64,000 nt of DNA. Origin: Candidatus Cloacimonadales bacterium (GTDB taxonomy: Bacteria > Cloacimonadota > Cloacimonadia > Cloacimonadales > JAIOQZ01). Positions 59,502-64,000 of the stretch are shown here, piece after piece. The stretch spans positions 448,001 to 512,000 of the forward strand of contig CAXXTU010000002.1 in assembly GCA_963662655.2 (NCBI GenBank). The letters are read 5' to 3'. The translations under genes and the position numbers were made by a program. Numbering within the stretch: position 1 is the first letter of the stretch; every line of letters starts with the position of its first letter. The notes under the pieces were generated by a model that saw nothing but the letters and a program-made list of their open reading frames with translations, made no database searches and was not told the DNA's origin.

Positions 59502-61508
59502 CTATCCTATTCCAATTGCTTTCATCAGTTCAGCGAAGCTGGGTTCGTCATCCTCGCCAGACTTTCGCTCTTCTTGAATGGTCTCGGTCTCCGCCGACGC
59601 CTTGACGATGTCGTCGATGGTCAGCGTCGGCTCCGGCTGCTCGATCAGCGGTTGATCTGCGAAAATCTCGCCGATCTGGTCGGTCATCGGCTGCTGTATC
59701 TGGCCGACGGCTTCGTTGACCTTCAGAAGTATCTTCTCGGACGATTCCTGCACGTTTTTCTCGAGCTTGCGGATGCTTTGCAACTCCTTCTGGAGAGCCT
59801 TCTGCGCTTGCGGCTTGTCCTTGGCGAGATGGATGAACGGATGCTGGTGACGTCGCGCCTCAGCTTGGCAAATGAAGCGGTTTTTCGCGTCGTAGATGAG
59901 CACCGAGCGCATGTCCATCAGGTCGTAGCGTATCGTGACCTTGTCGCCGATGTGCTGAATAAGCTCGTCGTGCCAGAAATGGATGTTGCTGAAGCGAACT
60001 CCGGACGCCTGCACCACGCGGTCTGTGGCGGAGAGCATCAGGAAGTTGAGTTGAGTCAGGTCGATTTGTTGCTCCGCTGGTATCCCCGCTTCGTGGAATA
60101 CTTCGAAGGGCTTGCGTCCGCCGATTCCGGTATGGGGCGTCAAGCCGTACATCTTCTCTATGTAAAGTCCGATCATCGCCTTCGCTTGCGGGATGGTCAG
60201 CGGCTTGCCTTCGAAGATGTTGAGCACCCACTTCTCGTTGCGCTTGAGCGTGGCAGGTTTGTCGTCGATGGAACCGCCCCGGAAGGTGCTCATGTACCGC
60301 TCGAAGTCGTCTTGAAACGTCCTGAAGAACCTTTCCACCACCTTGGCACGCGCGTTGTATGCCTTGGCGAACGTCACGCCAATACCGAGTCGCGGGAAGA
60401 TACCCACCAGCTCCTTGCTCAGGTCGTGCTTCTCCCACTGCTTGTTGAATAGTTTTGAGCGAAACGCCTTACCGTTATCGAGATAGACGTATTTCGGCCT
60501 GCCTCCCCAATGCATAATCGAGTTGCGAAGTGCGAGAAGAACATGCTGCGAGTCCTCCGAAACCGCCAGCGACGCTCCCACCGGGTAACGGGAAGCCCAG
60601 TCGAAGAACATGATCATCGTCATGCGCCTGGGCTTTCCGGTAGCCGGATCGATGATGTCGAAAGCGAGCTTGTGACCGTCCGCCACCCACACATCGCCGA
60701 CCTCGAGTTCGTCGCTCCTCAGAACACTCAAAATGCCGGTCTCCTTGAGGCTTTTCTTGCCGTTGCGGAGCAGGTTCCATTCAGGTTTGTGGCTGTCGCG
60801 CCACTCCTCGCACCAGCGGCGAAGCGTTCGTTCGCTCGATGGCGACTCCAGCTTTTGCAAGGTCTTCATCTGCTTCAGCTTGCGAATAGCCGACCCGATG
60901 GATATGCGATTCGGGTTGAGTAACAGGTGAAGCAAGAAGTTCTGCTCGGTCTCTGTCGCTTTGCGCGTGGCTTCCGCCACCGTGTACTTGCGGATGAGCG
61001 ACCGGGCGTCTCGTCCCGCTTTGACGTAGTTCCGCACCCAACGGCGCAATGTCCGTTCGCCGCGATGTCCCTCGACGACGTACAGCTCCGGCATGAAGCG
61101 TCTGTCGTTGTAAGCATCGACGATTGTCTTCCACGCATCCGTCTTGGAGACAGCCCGACTCAGGACTTCAAGAATGGCGTCGCAGAGCTGCGCACGCAGA
61201 TGCGCCTGCTCCTGATAATGCATCGGTTCGTTGTGCTTGGGTCGCAGGTCTGGTATCGTCTCATCCCGCAAGGCAGGAACTTCAGCGGAGACCGACTCCG
61301 GCTCCTCATGCTCCTCCGGTTCTTGAACTTGTTCCAACTTTGTCTGCGGTTCAATCACTCCATCCGGCACGTCATACAATTTGTGACGTCCACCCTTCGG
61401 TAGGGATTCATACTTCGATTGCCAGCCTTCCTTCTCCGCTCTGCGTATCAGCGCAGAACGTGTCACGTGCAGAGAATCACACAGCTCTTTAGTGCTCTTC
61501 CAACTCAT
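59502..61508 (-). CDS. MuA-like DDE transposase
   Basis: N-terminal Mu-type HTH; WVADGH, YLDNGKAF, AKVVERFF and C-terminal IRYDLMD; RBS GGAGG. Confidence 0.92.
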   Translation of the reverse strand: MSWKSTKELCDSLHVTRSALIRRAEKEGWQSKYESLPKGGRHKLYDVPDGVIEPQTKLEQVQEPEEHEEPESVSAEVPALRDETIPDLRPKHNEPMHYQEQAHLRAQLCDAILEVLSRAVSKTDAWKTIVDAYNDRRFMPELYVVEGHRGERTLRRWVRNYVKAGRDARSLIRKYTVAEATRKATETEQNFLLHLLLNPNRISIGSAIRKLKQMKTLQKLESPSSERTLRRWCEEWRDSHKPEWNLLRNGKKSLKETGILSVLRSDELEVGDVWVADGHKLAFDIIDPATGKPRRMTMIMFFDWASRYPVGASLAVSEDSQHVLLALRNSIMHWGGRPKYVYLDNGKAFRSKLFNKQWEKHDLSKELVGIFPRLGIGVTFAKAYNARAKVVERFFRTFQDDFERYMSTFRGGSIDDKPATLKRNEKWVLNIFEGKPLTIPQAKAMIGLYIEKMYGLTPHTGIGGRKPFEVFHEAGIPAEQQIDLTQLNFLMLSATDRVVQASGVRFSNIHFWHDELIQHIGDKVTIRYDLMDMRSVLIYDAKNRFICQAEARRHQHPFIHLAKDKPQAQKALQKELQSIRKLEKNVQESSEKILLKVNEAVGQIQQPMTDQIGEIFADQPLIEQPEPTLTIDDIVKASAETETIQEERKSGEDDEPSFAELMKAIGIG

Positions 61509-61698
61509 CGAGTCCTCCCTGTAATGCGTCGATATCCTCGCCAAGAAGCTCCCTGACTACCTCCAACACCTTGTTGGTTTGCCGATTTCCCTGTATCGTC
61601 TTGTACACCGCGCTGGTGCTTACACCCGCCTTTTCCGCGATCTGCGAAGCCGGAATTCCTCTAAGCGCCATCGCTGCACGAATTACGTTAGAATTCAT
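61489..61698 (-). CDS. Ner/Cro-like HTH regulator
   Basis: IRAAMALRGI..SQIAEKAGVSTSAVY..I.G; RBS AAGGAGG. Confidence 0.85.
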   Translation of the reverse strand: MNSNVIRAAMALRGIPASQIAEKAGVSTSAVYKTIQGNRQTNKVLEVVRELLGEDIDALQGGLDELEEH

Positions 61699-61714
61699 GT
61701 CGCCTCCTTTTTGC

Positions 61715-61777
61715 TTGACAGCCCGTTCCGAGCGTCCATCTTGGGGACAGCATATAAGATGCACTTATGTGTGTCAA
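61715..61777. promoter_or_regulatory. Lysis/lysogeny switch: overlapping opposed promoters with a palindromic operator
   Basis: Plus strand TTGACA(61715)-N16-CATCTT; minus strand TTGACA(61777)-N17-TATGCT; ATAAG-N5-CTTAT at 61754-61768. Confidence 0.65.
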
Positions 61778-61806
61778 GCCCTATGTGTAAGGGGAACTAA
61801 AATATT

Positions 61807-62490
61807 ATGATGGGAATTGGAGCGCGACTGAAGGAAGCCCGTGTCGAATTGGGGCTTACGCAAACCGACATTGCCAAGACCGTGGGGATCAATCCTTCCG
61901 CTATCAACCAGATCGAGCGCGGCAGCACGAATCCGTCGCTATCGACGATCGAATCTATTAGTAGTGCTTATAAAATCAATGCAGATTGGTTACTTACGGG
62001 TCGCGGAGAGATGTTTGTCGGCAGTGGAAACATCATCAGTCCGACTCATCTGCTCGTCGACCATAATGGATTGACGCTGGAACCGCGAGGTGAACTCGCC
62101 GAAGTTGAAATCGCGGGTGTCATTGCCGCAGGTGCTCCGATCGAACAGACCGGCGACCATGAATTGATCGCTCCGCTACGTCTCGCGCTTCCGAACAAGA
62201 ATCAGTATGTGGCGTTGGTCGTTCACGGTGACAGCATGGAACCCGAGGTACGAGATGGCGACTTCGTTCTCATCCGACGCGACGCCGAGTGGTTTCATGC
62301 CGACAATAAAATCTGCGCCGTTTCCATCGATCACGAGTACACGCTCAAGCGACTCCAGATCGATGCCTCGAACAAGATGGTCATCCTGCATTCTCTCAAC
62401 AAGGAATATCGTCCCATCATTGTCGATCCGCTCGACACGGAGTTGCGACTGGCCGGCGTGATGGCATATCTGCTTCGCCGATTCCAGTAA
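61807..62490 (+). CDS. Phage repressor, XRE HTH plus S24 (LexA/CI-type) peptidase
   Basis: LTQTDIA...IERG, WLLTGRGEM, AAG cleavage site, GDSMEP Ser and TLKR Lys. Confidence 0.92.
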   Translation: MMGIGARLKEARVELGLTQTDIAKTVGINPSAINQIERGSTNPSLSTIESISSAYKINADWLLTGRGEMFVGSGNIISPTHLLVDHNGLTLEPRGELAEVEIAGVIAAGAPIEQTGDHELIAPLRLALPNKNQYVALVVHGDSMEPEVRDGDFVLIRRDAEWFHADNKICAVSIDHEYTLKRLQIDASNKMVILHSLNKEYRPIIVDPLDTELRLAGVMAYLLRRFQ

Positions 62491-62573
62491 TCGTCAATCG
62501 GTTTCTCTCTTTCATCCTTCCTCTGATTTATCATCACAATCTCGATTTGGGTTCCTTTGGGTTCGAGAAGGGC

Positions 62574-62900
62574 GTCTGCAAAAACGGTCGTCCGAGCGGA
62601 CGTTCGCGAACGTTCGCTTTCATGGGGTCGTTTGTCCGAAAAACCGGACGTTCGCTCGGTTTTCAAGTGCGGACAATCGATTTTTCAATGAGATAGACGT
62701 ATCTGCCGACAAATACAGGAACTTAAAAGGCTGCGAAAGTGGAATCTTTGTGCCAAACCGGTGGCACCGAAGGGGACGAAACGCACCGTTTCTGCCAAAA
62801 GCGGTCGCTCGCGGACAAACGCCTATCGCTTTCAAGTGACGAGAGATAACCCTAAAACGGGAGCGAACGTCCGTTCTGCCAAAGGGGTGTCATTTTATAC
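62574..62900. repeat. Mu-like end with repeated putative transposase-binding sites
   Basis: Related units TCTGCAAAAACGGTCG, TGTGCCAAACCGGTGGCA, TCTGCCAAAAGCGGTCG and TCTGCCAAAGGGGTGTCA; GGACGTTCGC in direct and inverted copies. Confidence 0.65.
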
Positions 62901-63034
62901 CCGTCTCAGCGGCGGGGCGGCGTGTGTGCATTCGCACACGGCTCGTTCCCCCAGCGCGCTTCTGCGCAGAAGCGCGCTGGGGGAACGAGCCCGGAAGCCA
63001 TAAGGCTTCCGACGCCGCCCCGCCGCGGGAATGG
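62901..63034. repeat. Cloverleaf (four-way junction) element F at the prophage end
   Basis: 15-bp outer stem 62909-62923/63012-63026, hairpin 62924-62939, perfect 52-bp palindrome 62940-62991, hairpin 62992-63011. Confidence 0.85.
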
Positions 63035-63114
63035 CGCTTCTCCCGAGATTCCCAGCAGAATACTTGACAAATGTCGCGAAAAGGAGAGATTTATGTTGCA
63101 CGAAGGAGGTTCAG

Positions 63115-63939
63115 ATGAGTTCGGTAAGAAAACCAGCGGTAGCAGGGATGTTTTACACTTCAAGCAGGGAGCAGCTCATCCGGGAGGTGTCCGGGTATAT
63201 TGAACAGGCCGAGGTTGAGTCGGTAGATGATGAGCTTTTGGGAGTAATATCTCCCCATGCCGGGTTCATGTACTCGGGGCTTTGTGCGGGATATGCTTTC
63301 AAAGCTTTGAAGCAAAAGGAATTCGATACATCCGTCGTCATCGCTCCGAGCCACCGCGTTGGCGGTTTCGATTATTCGGTGGGCGACTACTCGGCGTACC
63401 GTACCCCGATCGGAGATGTGAAGACCGATTATTCGTCCATCGAACAACTTCTACAGCACAAGGGCGTCGATTTCTTTCCCGTGGCGCATGAGATGGAGCA
63501 CTCTCTCGAGGTACAACTGCCATTTCTTCAGGTGATCAATCCACACGCCCGGCTTGTTCCCATCGTAATCGGCAACCAGAGCTACGCCAACGCCAGGCAA
63601 CTTGCAGATATCCTGCTGAATGTGTTCGGGGATCGCATCAGCAAAACGGCCTTCATCGTGAGCAGCGATCTCTCGCACTATCACAGCGACAGCGATGCGG
63701 AGACTCTCGACAGGGTGCTGATCAACGACATCCTGAACCTCGATTCCGATTCGCTGAGGGAGAACATCGAACGGCGACGCTGCGAGGCTTGTGGTTTCGG
63801 AGGGATTCTCACGTTGCTTCACATGGCGGATCAACTGGGCTATCACAGCGTGAAAGAGCTCCATTACACGCACTCCGGCCACGCCAGCGGAGACTTCATG
63901 CAGGTGGTCGGATATCTTTCAGCCGCTATCTATCGATAA
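63115..63939 (+). CDS. amrB: AmmeMemoRadiSam system protein B (MEMO1 family)
   Basis: VRKPAVAGMFY, PHAG..YSG, EHSLEVQLPFLQ, SSDLSHY and VVGY motifs; RBS AAGGAGG. Confidence 0.92.
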   Translation: MSSVRKPAVAGMFYTSSREQLIREVSGYIEQAEVESVDDELLGVISPHAGFMYSGLCAGYAFKALKQKEFDTSVVIAPSHRVGGFDYSVGDYSAYRTPIGDVKTDYSSIEQLLQHKGVDFFPVAHEMEHSLEVQLPFLQVINPHARLVPIVIGNQSYANARQLADILLNVFGDRISKTAFIVSSDLSHYHSDSDAETLDRVLINDILNLDSDSLRENIERRRCEACGFGGILTLLHMADQLGYHSVKELHYTHSGHASGDFMQVVGYLSAAIYR

Positions 63940-64000
63940 AATAATGAAGTAGTGTAAAGAGCGCGTTAATCTGCGAAAAAAAACGCAGAAAAGTATTGAC

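Larger units (their letters stand above)
29006..62900 (-). mobile_element. Mu-like transposable prophage, truncated on the left by IS3 and probably defective
   Basis: Repressor/Ner/MuA/MuB module at the right end, repeated end motifs at 62574-62900, and co-oriented head and tail genes on the minus strand. Confidence 0.9.

Overview
The window has three parts. (1) 1-27.67 kb is host chromosome. It carries an SSS transporter, a hybrid PAS histidine kinase, ileS (IleRS2 type), an M28 peptidase, iscS/iscU, a cation antiporter-PTS EIIA fusion, an HDOD protein, a frameshifted FG-GAP secreted protein, and a xanthine-dehydrogenase-family/PreA-like/threonine-synthase-like cluster. The secreted proteins with C-terminal 'NYPNPFNP...WNG' Ig-like sorting domains suggest a Cloacimonadota/FCB-type host (inference). 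(2) An IS3-family element at 27673-29005 has no target duplication and joins host DNA to a truncated phage tail gene. (3) About 29.0-62.9 kb is a Mu-like transposable prophage with repressor, Ner-like HTH, MuA, MuB, terminase, gpF, portal, XkdF protease-capsid, tail genes, two Dam-like methylases and a tape measure protein. It holds a ~12 kb cargo block (two secreted beta-helix proteins and a Vsr-histidine kinase-receiver-Dcm-HNH operon) and two single-gene morons. Host DNA resumes with AmmeMemoRadiSam protein B. The most striking signal is a family of tiny (35-135 nt) structured insertions built from C-GAA-G or GNNA mini-hairpins, several with tandem G.A mismatches and some forming four-way junctions. 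They sit inside the methylase, tail chaperone, capsid, terminase and a moron gene, and at the Mu end itself. A second family of heptamer-repeat inverted elements sits at phage gene junctions with the gene end duplicated.
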